This document shows, in pieces, positions 36,876-46,687 of a stretch of 64,000 nucleotides of DNA. The stretch lies in contig JANRLT010000072.1 in assembly GCA_033762255.1 (NCBI GenBank), forward strand, positions 31,156-95,155, read 5' to 3'. Under the pieces are notes generated by a model. That model was not told the origin of the DNA and ran no database searches. It worked only from the letters and a program-made list of their open reading frames with translations. How positions within the stretch are numbered: the first letter of the stretch is position 1; every line of letters starts with the position of its first letter. The stretch comes from Pirellulales bacterium (GTDB taxonomy: Bacteria; Planctomycetota; Planctomycetia; Pirellulales; JALHPA01). The position numbers and the translations under genes are program-made.

Positions 36876-39800
36876 ATGGATTCGTCGAAACAATTATCGC
36901 TTTCACAAACTCCTCCCCCGCTAACCACGGAGTTAGACGGTACGCCCAGGGCGCAGACTGATAAAGAATCAACACCGGGTAATTCGCCCTCGGCTCTACG
37001 TGTGAAAAGTCCTGCGGCAGCGGTTTATGACAGTACGGACAACGGCACGGTGATCATGCCGCGGCCACGTTTGCTGGATAACGAGACCCTGCCTTATATC
37101 AAAGAACTTGACCCATTACGCCAGGATTTGTCGCTGGTCAACGATTCCGCCAGGCTCAACAGTCTTACCGCCAAAAGCGATTCCGGCAAAAGCGACTCAG
37201 GACAAAAGTTTGTGGCGGGAAGTTCCGCCCGGGCACTCGCGCCGCTGACTCCGGAGGAAGAGGCGGAACTGGTCAATCAGCAGACGGTCATCTCTGTCAA
37301 TCCACTGGAAGAAGCGCCGCAGATCGGTAGTTTGACCTCGCGGGAGATGGGTAAGCTGCTGGCCGGGCAAACACTGGGCCATTATGCTCTGCGGGAATTC
37401 GTGGGCGGAGGGGGTATGGGGGCGGTGTTTCGCGCGCTCGACACCATGCTCAACCGCATTGTCGCTGTCAAAGTGCTAGCGCCGAATCAATCGCGGGACG
37501 AAGAAACCCTGCGCCGCTTTCAAAATGAAGCCCAATCCGCAGCGCGGCTGGACCACGAAAACATCGGCCGGGTGTACAACTTTGGCCATGATCGGGGTTG
37601 GCATTTTATTGTGTTTGAGTTTATTGAGGGGGTCAATTTGCGGGAGTTGGTGGAGCAGCAGGGGCCGCTGTCGATCCCCGACACGCTGTTGTACATGCTG
37701 CAATTGTCCGAGGCCCTCGCCCATGCCAGCGGCCGCGAAGTCGTACATCGGGACATTAAACCCTCTAACATCATCGTTACGCCGGAGCAAAAGGCCAAGT
37801 TGGTGGATATGGGCTTGGCCCGTTTGCACCAGGTCGACCAACAACAAGAAGACCTAACCGCCAGCGGCGTGACCCTGGGGACGTTTGACTATATTTCGCC
37901 CGAGCAGGCCCGCGACCCGCGCGTGGCCGATGTCCGCAGCGACCTTTATTCGCTGGGCTGCACGCTGTACTTTATGCTCAGCGGAGCGGCTCCCTTTTCC
38001 AGCGGAACCGTGCTGCAAAAGCTGCTCAAGCACCAGTCCGAGGATCCCACCGATCCCCGCACCCTGCGGCCGGAATTGCCCGCGGATTTGATAAAAATCC
38101 TGCGTAAGTTGATGGCCAAATCACCCGAAGCGCGGTATCAAACCGCGACCCAGTTAACGCAGGATTTACGTGTTTTGGCGGAGGAACTGGGCCTTTTGCC
38201 GCATCGGGCGGGATTGTCCACGGTCTGGTCTCCCCCGGTTAAGGTGGCTCCCCCGTGGTGGTATTACCATTTACCCTGGATCGCCCCCGTGGTGTTGTCG
38301 CTGATCATTGGCTGGATTTTATATACGTGGGATCAGGTGTATGCCAAAGATTATCAACCGCAATTGATCTCGGCTCAACATCCCGGCACGCGCGCCACGA
38401 CTGCCACAAAGCCCCTCCCTTCGGCGACGAACAGCGGTGTTCCCAAGGGCCAAAGCTCTCCCGCGGCACCAGCGGACCAAGCATTTTTTAATCCCAAATT
38501 ACCAGCGCAGAGTCAAAACTTTGCGTTAGACGATAAATCGCCCCCAGCGACAAACTCTCAGCCGACATTTCCAGAACTGGCCCTAGCACCGGAAGGCGCC
38601 GCGCTCCCGCCAGCCGCCCGTCAAAATGACAAAGGCAATAGCCAAAACGTTAATCTATCCGCTAGTCCCGGCACGGACACGCCTATTACGGACCCAGCTA
38701 GTACGGACGATTGGCAAAGCCGGATTGCGTGGTCAACGAAATATTTAAATGAGTCCGTGGCCTCCCTGCAGACTCAGTATCTCCCCCAAATCACCAGCAA
38801 TCTTCCCAAGTGGCAGTTTAACTGGCCGCAACTCGCCCGCGAATCCCTTCCCGCCACCGGTAACGCAAATCCCGATGGAAATACAAATCCCCCCCCTCTT
38901 CCCGAATCCAGCGGGGGGACCAGCGGCCGACTGATCGTCACGCCCAATCCTCAACGGGGAGGGGAATTTGCCTCGCTGGCGGCGGCATGCCGCGCCGCCC
39001 GTGAGGGAGCAACGGTGATCCTGGACTATGACGGCTTGCTGATTGAGCAGCCGTTTACCTTGTCGCAACCCAACCTCACGATTGCCGCCGCTCCGCAGCG
39101 GCAGCCGATCATCCGCTTTCGCCCGGGAGGGTTGGAAAGCGCGGCCAGCATCCGAGGCATGCTAACCATGATGGGAGGCCAGCTCAACTTCGAACGGGTC
39201 CATCTAGAGTTTGAACTGCCGGGGCAAATTTCCGCCAAGCCTTGGGCATTTTTTCATTTAAGGCAAATTACCAGCCTCCGCTTTGTGGAATCTTCCTTAA
39301 CCATCCGCAACGGCGATCAAATCCGGCCGCGGGATGCCCGGGTCAGTTTTTTTGAATTATCCAACGGTCCCAATGCCAATACGCTGCGCGCAAAAACGCT
39401 CCCACGGCCCCGCGACCCCGTCATCCTGGAGGGACTCCAGTCGACGATCCGGGGGGCCGCGGTCATCATCAATAACCAAGAACAAGTTCCGCTTCGCTTT
39501 CATTGGGAACAAGGGTTTTTAGCGACCAGCGAGACGCTCTTAGCCGTCGATATTGGACAGCGGCCTGCCGCCGGGCAAATTAACGAGGGGGTGACGATCG
39601 AATTGCGCAATGTCACCGCGGTCCTCTGGCGGGGATTGGCCAGGATCAAAAACGCCCTGAATCTGCCGGATATTTTGCCAGTTTCGCTGGATTTGCGGGA
39701 CAGCGTGATTCGTGGCAGCGGCTCGGGGCCGTTTTTGGAATTGGAAAATCTGGACGACCTTAACGGCCTGCAGGACGCTTTGCAATGGCGCTCCAGCAAT

Positions 39801-40268
39801 TTCTTAGTCGATGGCTATACTTCTCCCGCGCGGATCACCGCCGCGGTCGGCACGACAAACGTCGCGGTCAATCAATGGAACGAAATTTGGCAATTGGGCG
39901 AACGACAGTTGGCTTTTGCCCCCCTTCCCTGGGCCACCCCGGCGGATCGACTGCCCGAATGGCATCGGATAGAGCCCGGGCATTTAGCACTCAAATCCAG
40001 CACTTTCTCCAACACCCGGACCGTTCCGGGTTTACCCCCAACAGAGGGCAACACGTCGGACAAGGGGGATGCCGCGGCACTTCCGGCCGCAATCATTCCC
40101 CGGCCCACCCCGCTCGCTCCCGAATCGACAATCCCGGCGGAACGTGCAAAGGGACTTCCGACAGGAACTATCCCGGCCGAATCACCGGCTGTTCCCGAGC
40201 CGAAATCGGGATTTTCGGCTAATGATCTGCGGGAAATGGAAAAAGAAATGGAAATGTCCCGTCCCTGA
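36876..40268 (+). CDS. Ser/Thr protein kinase with one TM helix and a large C-terminal ectodomain (beta-helix-like)
   Basis: GGGGMGAVF (G-loop), VAVKVL, HRDIKPSNI, DMGLA, SPEQ. TM helix WIAPVVLSLIIGWILYTW. About 640-aa extracytoplasmic region. Start set to the ATG at 36876. Confidence 0.85.
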   Translation: MDSSKQLSLSQTPPPLTTELDGTPRAQTDKESTPGNSPSALRVKSPAAAVYDSTDNGTVIMPRPRLLDNETLPYIKELDPLRQDLSLVNDSARLNSLTAKSDSGKSDSGQKFVAGSSARALAPLTPEEEAELVNQQTVISVNPLEEAPQIGSLTSREMGKLLAGQTLGHYALREFVGGGGMGAVFRALDTMLNRIVAVKVLAPNQSRDEETLRRFQNEAQSAARLDHENIGRVYNFGHDRGWHFIVFEFIEGVNLRELVEQQGPLSIPDTLLYMLQLSEALAHASGREVVHRDIKPSNIIVTPEQKAKLVDMGLARLHQVDQQQEDLTASGVTLGTFDYISPEQARDPRVADVRSDLYSLGCTLYFMLSGAAPFSSGTVLQKLLKHQSEDPTDPRTLRPELPADLIKILRKLMAKSPEARYQTATQLTQDLRVLAEELGLLPHRAGLSTVWSPPVKVAPPWWYYHLPWIAPVVLSLIIGWILYTWDQVYAKDYQPQLISAQHPGTRATTATKPLPSATNSGVPKGQSSPAAPADQAFFNPKLPAQSQNFALDDKSPPATNSQPTFPELALAPEGAALPPAARQNDKGNSQNVNLSASPGTDTPITDPASTDDWQSRIAWSTKYLNESVASLQTQYLPQITSNLPKWQFNWPQLARESLPATGNANPDGNTNPPPLPESSGGTSGRLIVTPNPQRGGEFASLAAACRAAREGATVILDYDGLLIEQPFTLSQPNLTIAAAPQRQPIIRFRPGGLESAASIRGMLTMMGGQLNFERVHLEFELPGQISAKPWAFFHLRQITSLRFVESSLTIRNGDQIRPRDARVSFFELSNGPNANTLRAKTLPRPRDPVILEGLQSTIRGAAVIINNQEQVPLRFHWEQGFLATSETLLAVDIGQRPAAGQINEGVTIELRNVTAVLWRGLARIKNALNLPDILPVSLDLRDSVIRGSGSGPFLELENLDDLNGLQDALQWRSSNFLVDGYTSPARITAAVGTTNVAVNQWNEIWQLGERQLAFAPLPWATPADRLPEWHRIEPGHLALKSSTFSNTRTVPGLPPTEGNTSDKGDAAALPAAIIPRPTPLAPESTIPAERAKGLPTGTIPAESPAVPEPKSGFSANDLREMEKEMEMSRP

Positions 40269-40471
40269 ATCCGTGGCCGGAGGACGGGGAAATTCTGAAA
40301 AATTGCCGGGATCGGGGTGACTTTGCCGGGCTTTCCTTGACTTTCGCCCGTTAAATCGTTTAACTACACTAGCTCTGCTAGGGGCAGGCAACCCGCGCGG
40401 GTTGTATCAGTCGTGGAGCAGCGGTTTTCTACTTTTGTGCAGTTTCCTACTTTGTGCCTCGGAGTTTTCAC

Positions 40472-40900
40472 ATGAAGCGCATGCAGTTTGCGGTGGTGTT
40501 GGCTGTTGCTTCGGCAATCATTGGTTGGCAAGCCTCTTCGGCGTTTGCCATTCGCGAATTCCAAGACGAATTTCTGAAGACCTATTACAAGCCCGACAGC
40601 GAAGACGCGGGCGAGAAGAAATTGGCCGCGGCCATCGACAAGATCAAGAAAGTGAACGAGGAAGACCAATCGGTGGATGCCTGTATCATTTGCCATGGTC
40701 CCAAGGCCAAAAAAGTGCGGAACGCCTATGGCAAGGCCCTGGATGAATTGTTGGATAAAAAGAAAGACAAAATGGACGCCGAAAAAATCCAAGCCGCCTT
40801 GCTGAAAGTCGCCGAACAGAAATCCAGCGACGATGGCCCCACCTTTGGGGAACTGCTGAAGAAGGGCGTGTTGCCGGAAATGAAAAAGGATTCGGAATAA
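40472..40900 (+). CDS. Small secreted Lys-rich protein with a single CxxCH motif (putative monoheme c-type cytochrome)
   Basis: ggag 7 nt upstream of the ATG at 40472. Signal peptide MKRMQFAVVLAVASAIIGWQASSAFA. CIICH motif. Confidence 0.5.
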   Translation: MKRMQFAVVLAVASAIIGWQASSAFAIREFQDEFLKTYYKPDSEDAGEKKLAAAIDKIKKVNEEDQSVDACIICHGPKAKKVRNAYGKALDELLDKKKDKMDAEKIQAALLKVAEQKSSDDGPTFGELLKKGVLPEMKKDSE

Positions 40901-41195
40901 TTATTTATTGAATCCATCGCAAATGGGAAAACTCGCATCCCATCCATCGGCACCGTGGGGAATTTTCACTCCCCCCGGTGCTTTTTGCTTTATCTGCCGC
41001 AAATTTCTATCAATTTGAGAATTGGCCAAGAGTGTAGAAATTATTTGTAGATTATTATTGAGATTCAATTTGGATTAAACTAAAAATTTTAATTAGGAAA
41101 ATGAGCTTGCTAATCTGACCCTAACAATTCTGGTTTATACTGGTTGCACTTTGAGGGGCTTATTTTCTTTAGTTTTTCATCTGAGGAGCACGCTG

Positions 41196-42017
41196 ATGAA
41201 TCGGTTCGTTTCCCGTTCCCTGCTGGCCGCCGCCATTGTGGCGCTACCGGCCCTCGCTAACGCCGCGATTATCTCGCAGTGGGATTTTAATTCCAACCCC
41301 GCTGACGGCAACACTAGCACCGGCACTACCGCCCCCGCCATTGGCACCGGCACACTAGCTAATGTTGGCGGCATCACCAATAGCTTTTCGTCAGGTTCGG
41401 CTAGCGGTGGTTCTTCCGACCCGGCACCCGCCGCCGACAATAGCGGCTATCAAACCACTGGTTATCCCGCCATTGGCGGCGCTGACGAAACCGCCGGCAT
41501 CGAAGTCAAGGTTTCCACCTTCGGTTTTAACTCCATTTCGATCAATTTTGATCAACGCCACAGCAACACCTCTAGCCGCTTCATCTCTGTTCACTACACA
41601 CTGGACGGCTCGACTTTTACACGTCTCACCCTGGACAACACCAACTCCACTCCCGGCGTGACACCTCCCCTGGGTAATCCCGCCAGTACCCCCGGTTTGT
41701 ACGGCGCCACCGGCACCTTCAGTAGCGGTGTGGCCACCAGCGCTGGCGATGACTGGTTCAATGGCCGCAGTGTCAATTTTTCGTCCATTCCCGGCGCGAA
41801 CAATAATCCCAACTTTGGCTTCCGCATCTTGACGTCCAAGGATGGCTTGGCAAATTTCACCGCTACCAACCCGACCAGCACCTACGCCGGTACCGGCACG
41901 CTGCGGTTTGACATGGTGACCATCAATGGCGAAGTCATTCCCGAACCATCTACTTTCGTCCTGGCCGGTGTCGGCCTGGCTGGCGTGTTGGCCCTGGGGC
42001 TGCGTCGCCGTAGCTAA
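41196..42017 (+). CDS. PEP-CTERM sorting-domain secreted protein
   Basis: gaggag RBS. Signal peptide ...ALPALANA. C-terminal IPEPSTFVLAGVGLAGVLALGLRRRS (PEP motif, TM helix, basic tail). Confidence 0.8.
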   Translation: MNRFVSRSLLAAAIVALPALANAAIISQWDFNSNPADGNTSTGTTAPAIGTGTLANVGGITNSFSSGSASGGSSDPAPAADNSGYQTTGYPAIGGADETAGIEVKVSTFGFNSISINFDQRHSNTSSRFISVHYTLDGSTFTRLTLDNTNSTPGVTPPLGNPASTPGLYGATGTFSSGVATSAGDDWFNGRSVNFSSIPGANNNPNFGFRILTSKDGLANFTATNPTSTYAGTGTLRFDMVTINGEVIPEPSTFVLAGVGLAGVLALGLRRRS

Positions 42018-42105
42018 GCTTGCCAGCTGATTCCTGGCATAAATGACTAAACCGCGAAATTTAACCCACCATCGATTGAGCATATTTCGCGGTCACACAC
42101 ACGCG

Positions 42106-42140
42106 CAGCCCGGCCTAATCCGCCGGGTTGCTTTTTTTTT
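42106..42140 (+). terminator. Rho-independent terminator after the PEP-CTERM gene
   Basis: Stem cagcccggc / gccgggttg (one G-U pair), 7-nt loop, then c plus T9. Confidence 0.75.
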
Positions 42141-42182
42141 GCATAGCATTCCTCCATGCTGTGTCAAAGATTGGTGTAAAGC

Positions 42183-42251
42183 GGATCAGCCGCTGGGCGC
42201 TACCTTACGACTTTTGCCGTGCTGATCGTGGTCTAGCACCCTACGGCTCAT
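42183..42251 (-). repeat. Interspersed repeat family B, inverted copy
   Basis: The reverse complement reads gagccgtagggtgctagaccacg...ggcaaaagtcgtaaggtagcgcccagcggctgatc, which matches 57369-57436. Confidence 0.6.
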
Positions 42252-42322
42252 TCAAAAATAGAATGTAGACCCAACGTTAGGATGACTTGCGAATGGCACG
42301 ACATCTTGCGGCATAAAGCCGC

Positions 42323-43666
42323 TCAATCGATCCGATTTGCCTCGTCGATCGCGGTCCAGACGCATTCCCGCAAGTCTCTCCGCTCCGTTAATTGCGGTCG
42401 TAACTCCGCGGCGCAATAAATCCGCACGCGTTTGACGTAATCGTCAAACTGTTCCCGCGCCAGGGTGCGCACCATCGGCGAGACATCCCCCAAACGCCGA
42501 TACCGATCTTCCTTGGCCGCGTAAACATCCAGATCAAATTCGACTTCACGCTCTTCGGGAGGTGCGTCAAAAAGAATATCATGCTCGTCAACAGGGGTAC
42601 CCAGCCGGGTGGAAAGAATCCCGGCCAAGGCGCGGCTCACCCGCGTCAGCCATCCATATGGTCGCCGCGCCAATCGCTCATACAAATCCCGTTCCTCTAA
42701 AAAACTATACTGGGCCACGCGCTTGTAAATTTTTCGCACGGGGCCAAATAGGCCGGAAAGCAACCCCTCCACCGGCTGATGCTGGCTAATCCGGCGCAGG
42801 CGCTCCACCCAGTTGTTATCGGTCCAACGACAGAGCTCGGCGGGGTCTAGCGAGTGGCGCAGCGAATAAACGGCCCGTTGCAGCATGGCCGTGGCGGCCC
42901 GGACCGTATGATGCCAGTAGACTTCGCTAAACATCACATAGCGGGCAAATACCAGCATTTCTGCGGCGGTTTTACCTTTATCGGTAATGGCGAGTCCCGT
43001 TCCCGCCGCATTGAGGCACAGGCTACCAAGGAGCCGCTGCTGGTCAAAGTTTCGTCCATATGGGACGCCGCAGTGCAGGCTGTCCCGCGCCAGGTAGTCC
43101 ATTTTGTCCACGTCAATCGGACAGGAAAGCATGCTTCCTAGCAACTGTTCCGCCGGTGATTCGGTTGCGCCCGCCAAAAGCCGGGCGATCGCCAGGGGTT
43201 GCAACCCCCACTGTTCGACTAATACATCGGCCAGCGGGGACTCTTGCAAATAGCCGGCGGCCAACTCCTCGTGTCGGGGCCAGCCCTCCATGCGCAAATC
43301 CTCAATCGGGTGGCAATAGGGATAATGCCCCAAGTCGTGCAACAACGCCGCCGCCAAGAACATTTCCGCCCGTGGTGGATCGATCAGGCGGCAAAAACGG
43401 GGGTCCCGTTGCAATTCCAGTAAAAACAGCAAACCTAACCGGTAAACGCCCAGCGAATGTTCAAACCGTTGATGCATGGCCCCTGGATAGACCAGCGAGA
43501 CCAACCCCAATTGCCGCACCTGGGCCAAGCGGCGAAATTGCGGCGTATCGATCACGGCCCGGACCCGCGGAGTCAGGGGGACATCTTGTTCGGGGGGAAT
43601 CCGAATCAACTCGCGGCGGGATTCCAGCGCGCGTAATTCGGGCAGATCCGCCAGCCACGAGTTCAT
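42323..43666 (-). CDS. HD-domain phosphohydrolase of the SAMHD1/COG1078 (dNTP triphosphohydrolase-like) type
   Basis: RFEHSLGV, HDLGHYPYCH, DVDKMDYLARDSLHCGV. Start set to the ATG at 43666. Confidence 0.78.
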   Translation of the reverse strand: MNSWLADLPELRALESRRELIRIPPEQDVPLTPRVRAVIDTPQFRRLAQVRQLGLVSLVYPGAMHQRFEHSLGVYRLGLLFLLELQRDPRFCRLIDPPRAEMFLAAALLHDLGHYPYCHPIEDLRMEGWPRHEELAAGYLQESPLADVLVEQWGLQPLAIARLLAGATESPAEQLLGSMLSCPIDVDKMDYLARDSLHCGVPYGRNFDQQRLLGSLCLNAAGTGLAITDKGKTAAEMLVFARYVMFSEVYWHHTVRAATAMLQRAVYSLRHSLDPAELCRWTDNNWVERLRRISQHQPVEGLLSGLFGPVRKIYKRVAQYSFLEERDLYERLARRPYGWLTRVSRALAGILSTRLGTPVDEHDILFDAPPEEREVEFDLDVYAAKEDRYRRLGDVSPMVRTLAREQFDDYVKRVRIYCAAELRPQLTERRDLRECVWTAIDEANRID

Positions 43667-43772
43667 TGCTGTTTTTTTCCTTGGAATCGCCCAGAGAATC
43701 ATCCCGTTGGGGTTCCCCGCGCCCGCGAACAGACGCGGAGTCCGCCGCCCGATGAATTTTGCGTAAAAAAAT

Positions 43773-44477
43773 TTACCAAGGATGCAGCCCCATCACCACC
43801 CGCAAGACCACGCTGACTAATAAAAAAAATCCAAAATGGATGGTGGCGGGAACCGGCTCTAAATCCAGCGTCCCCAGACAGGTGAGCACGGCCATGATCA
43901 TCAGGGGCGCCGCCATAACCAGAGGCTGCCATTGGCCGTAATCATGCACTCCCTCGGGAAAAACAAACACTTTTAACCCGCAATAAATGGCCCAAATCGC
44001 GGCGTAGGCCGCGCTGACAATCGCCACTCGGACCAACAGCTGCATGCCGGAATACCCTTCCAGCTCTTTATCGCGCAGCACGGTGTACCCGGCATAGACA
44101 CACCCCGGCGCCAAGAATAAACTCCCCGCGCTTAAAAAAACCCAGGCCGTGGTATCGCTATTTTGAACAGTATTTCCCAAGAGCCACGCTAAGCCAAAGA
44201 TCAGGCAAATCCCCAGGGCAATCCCCCCCACCAGCAGCGGTTGCAGCCGGAGTTTTGCCCGGGGAATGGGGCGCAGGACCGAACGTCCCTTGGCATCCTT
44301 GGCCGTGGTGGTGGAACCGCCGGAAAATTCCTCCGGCGCATGGATCACCACTTGCTCATCCAGTTTGGGGATGGTGATCACGGCCTTGCATTTGGGGCAA
44401 GGGCCTTGCTTTCCGGCAAACTTTTCATGGACCTGAAAACGGCCCTTGCAAGCTTGGCAAACAACGTGGATCGGCAT
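43773..44477 (-). CDS. Zinc-ribbon (MJ0042-like) N-terminal domain fused to a multi-TM membrane domain
   Basis: CQACKGRFQV...GPCPKCKAVITIP, followed by 5 hydrophobic helices. Confidence 0.6.
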   Translation of the reverse strand: MPIHVVCQACKGRFQVHEKFAGKQGPCPKCKAVITIPKLDEQVVIHAPEEFSGGSTTTAKDAKGRSVLRPIPRAKLRLQPLLVGGIALGICLIFGLAWLLGNTVQNSDTTAWVFLSAGSLFLAPGCVYAGYTVLRDKELEGYSGMQLLVRVAIVSAAYAAIWAIYCGLKVFVFPEGVHDYGQWQPLVMAAPLMIMAVLTCLGTLDLEPVPATIHFGFFLLVSVVLRVVMGLHPW

Positions 44478-44731
44478 GGGAGAACGCGGGAAAAGTGTCC
44501 TACAAAACTATAGTTTCCGCCGACTGTGGGGGGAAGTCAAGCAACCCGTCCCCCTTCCCGGCGTATTCCCTCCCGGAAAGCCCGGTCGCCGCGCTTTTGA
44601 CCGGTTTATACCGAATTCCCTTGGCGATTTTCCCCGCGCCGATGCTAGAATAGGGGTATTGCCACCCGTTTCTCCTCAGGTCCGCTCCGACCGGCTCGTG
44701 GCTTTTCCCGCAGGCGCAGTTCCGATCGGTT

Positions 44732-45826
44732 ATGTCGCTCGAAGCCCTTTGCCCCAACGGTCATCGTATTCAATGTCCCGACGAGAGCGCGGGCCGGATG
44801 GCCCGTTGCCCGCGCTGCGCCACGCCATTTCGGATACCGGGAGACTCTGCCCTGCCTAAAAATGGCTCACCTCCGCCGGATCGTGGCCCCCCGCCGCATC
44901 CCGCCGCGCCCGCTTTTTTAGCGGTGGACGCCCCCCATATTCCCCTCGAGGGAGCCGTCGCGACAGATGCCGTCGAGCCCGTCACCGAATCCCAAGCGAT
45001 GCAAATCACCCACCTGCCTGGCTCTAGTATTCTTAAAAGCGAAAGCTCTTTGACAACGCTTTCCGCAGGTCATGCACCGGCGTTTGCCGCACCCGCGGGG
45101 GCGTCATCGAACGCCACACCCGGGCCAAACCCCGCTGGCGGCAGCGGTAAATTACCCCCGGACGCCATCGTGTTCCTATGTCCTAATGGGCATAAACTGA
45201 ATGGCCCCGCCAAGCTAGCGGGCCGCTTGGGCCAGTGCCCGCATTGCCAAGCGAGGTTTCAAATACCCTCATTAGAAGTGCTCCGCGCCGTGCAGGCCGC
45301 CGAGGCAGGCCCCCCAGTGCAGGAGAATGATATTTCCAACCAAGGCAAGCCAATTATGGCCGAAATTGCCGTGGATACCGAGCCTGTCCCGCCGTCCATG
45401 ACCGAGCCTAACGCGGCTGGCGATTTAGCCGATCTCTTTGCTGCCGTGCGTGCCGACGAAGAGCGCCAAATTCTACAGCGCGGTACCGCGGCCAGCGGCA
45501 TTGGCAAGGGGACAGCCATCCCCGTGCTGCCGTCTCCGTCCCTGGCCAACCCGCCCCCGACCGCCAAACGCGCCAACCCATTAGCCGAACTCATGTATAA
45601 GCTCTGGGAAGAACGGGAGCACGGCGGAATTATCGAGTTGCATCTGGAAGGGGGAGCCGTGCTGTTGCCCGATTGGTTTGAGCGCAAATTGTCCGTGGAG
45701 ACTCACGGTTTATTTGCTTCGCAAGCGGCGGATGGGACGGTCACAATGACTATCGTTCCCTGGGATACCGTGCAGAAAGTCATCATTCGCGGCGTGGTCG
45801 GCTTACCGGATGGCATGTTTGAGTGA
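44732..45826 (+). CDS. Protein with two zinc-ribbon modules, a Pro-rich linker and an uncharacterised C-terminal domain
   Basis: CPNGHRIQCP...CPRCATPFRIP and CPNGHKLNGP...CPHCQARFQIP. Confidence 0.6.
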   Translation: MSLEALCPNGHRIQCPDESAGRMARCPRCATPFRIPGDSALPKNGSPPPDRGPPPHPAAPAFLAVDAPHIPLEGAVATDAVEPVTESQAMQITHLPGSSILKSESSLTTLSAGHAPAFAAPAGASSNATPGPNPAGGSGKLPPDAIVFLCPNGHKLNGPAKLAGRLGQCPHCQARFQIPSLEVLRAVQAAEAGPPVQENDISNQGKPIMAEIAVDTEPVPPSMTEPNAAGDLADLFAAVRADEERQILQRGTAASGIGKGTAIPVLPSPSLANPPPTAKRANPLAELMYKLWEEREHGGIIELHLEGGAVLLPDWFERKLSVETHGLFASQAADGTVTMTIVPWDTVQKVIIRGVVGLPDGMFE

Positions 45827-45950
45827 GTGTCTGGCCACATTACGCATCCGCGACCGCGAAATGATGAATGCGGAATTGTTTTGCAGACATACTGCTTTCT
45901 GCCTTCTTCATTCCTACTTCTAACATTGGCTTACGCCCCTAGCGACCCAT

Positions 45951-46445
45951 TTAATTTTCTTCCGCCAGCAAGTCCCCTTCGGTCAGCAAATTAAATCCTT
46001 TGTTGGCCAAGGTTTCCAAGCCCATTTCGATGTTATCGACCATGAGCGCGACGGCGGGCCGGCCCAGGGGCCTGGCCAGCATGGGATAAGCCTGAATGAT
46101 GTTAATCTCAGCCTGTAAGAGCGCGGTGCAAACCCGCAATAAGGGCTGGGAGTCATCGGGCAATTCTACGCCGATCAGATCGCTTTCGATCATGGCCAAT
46201 CCGGCCCGTTCCAAAATTTCGCGTCCTTGCTCGGGATGGCTAAGCAAGAAACGAACAAAAGCGCATTCGGCGGAATCATTGATGGAGAGCGCGACAATTT
46301 TGACGCGGCTCCCTTCGAAGCGGCGAACGACCTCCAGCAATTGCCCAACACGATTTTCCAGAAAAACCGTGAACTGGCGGATGCTGGGATAATTTCGCCC
46401 GCGCATGGTGGCATAATCGGTCGCGGATCCCTCGCCGTAACTCAT
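45951..46445 (-). CDS. ACT-domain (amino-acid-binding) protein
   Basis: IRQFTVFLENRVGQLLEVVRRF... and a second half IGVELPDDSQPLLRVCTALLQAEINI (tandem ACT-like beta-alpha-beta-beta-alpha-beta pattern). ATG at 46445 preferred over the GTG at 46457. Confidence 0.6.
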   Translation of the reverse strand: MSYGEGSATDYATMRGRNYPSIRQFTVFLENRVGQLLEVVRRFEGSRVKIVALSINDSAECAFVRFLLSHPEQGREILERAGLAMIESDLIGVELPDDSQPLLRVCTALLQAEINIIQAYPMLARPLGRPAVALMVDNIEMGLETLANKGFNLLTEGDLLAEEN

Positions 46446-46687
46446 TGCGAAATACACCTAAATAGAGGAGCCGGACGCGCTGCCCCGGATTTTTTACGCC
46501 CCTCAGTATACGTCGCCAAAAACCGGATCGTCAATTGAAATCAAGGGAAAAGCGGGACCTTTTCTGGCTGAGTAAAAAGCTGACATTATTTTACATCCCA
46601 CCCCACTAGCGCCGCGACCGCCACATTTACGCGGTGATCGCGGCCTGGGCCAAGTTGGGCCGGACAGTACGAACGAGGTATTCAGTT

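Noticed and set aside
40389-40404. 16-nt perfect palindrome caacccgcgcgggttg upstream of the small CxxCH gene, considered as an operator or terminator
   Set aside because: It is a single occurrence with no U-run and no second copy in the window, so the evidence is too weak to call.
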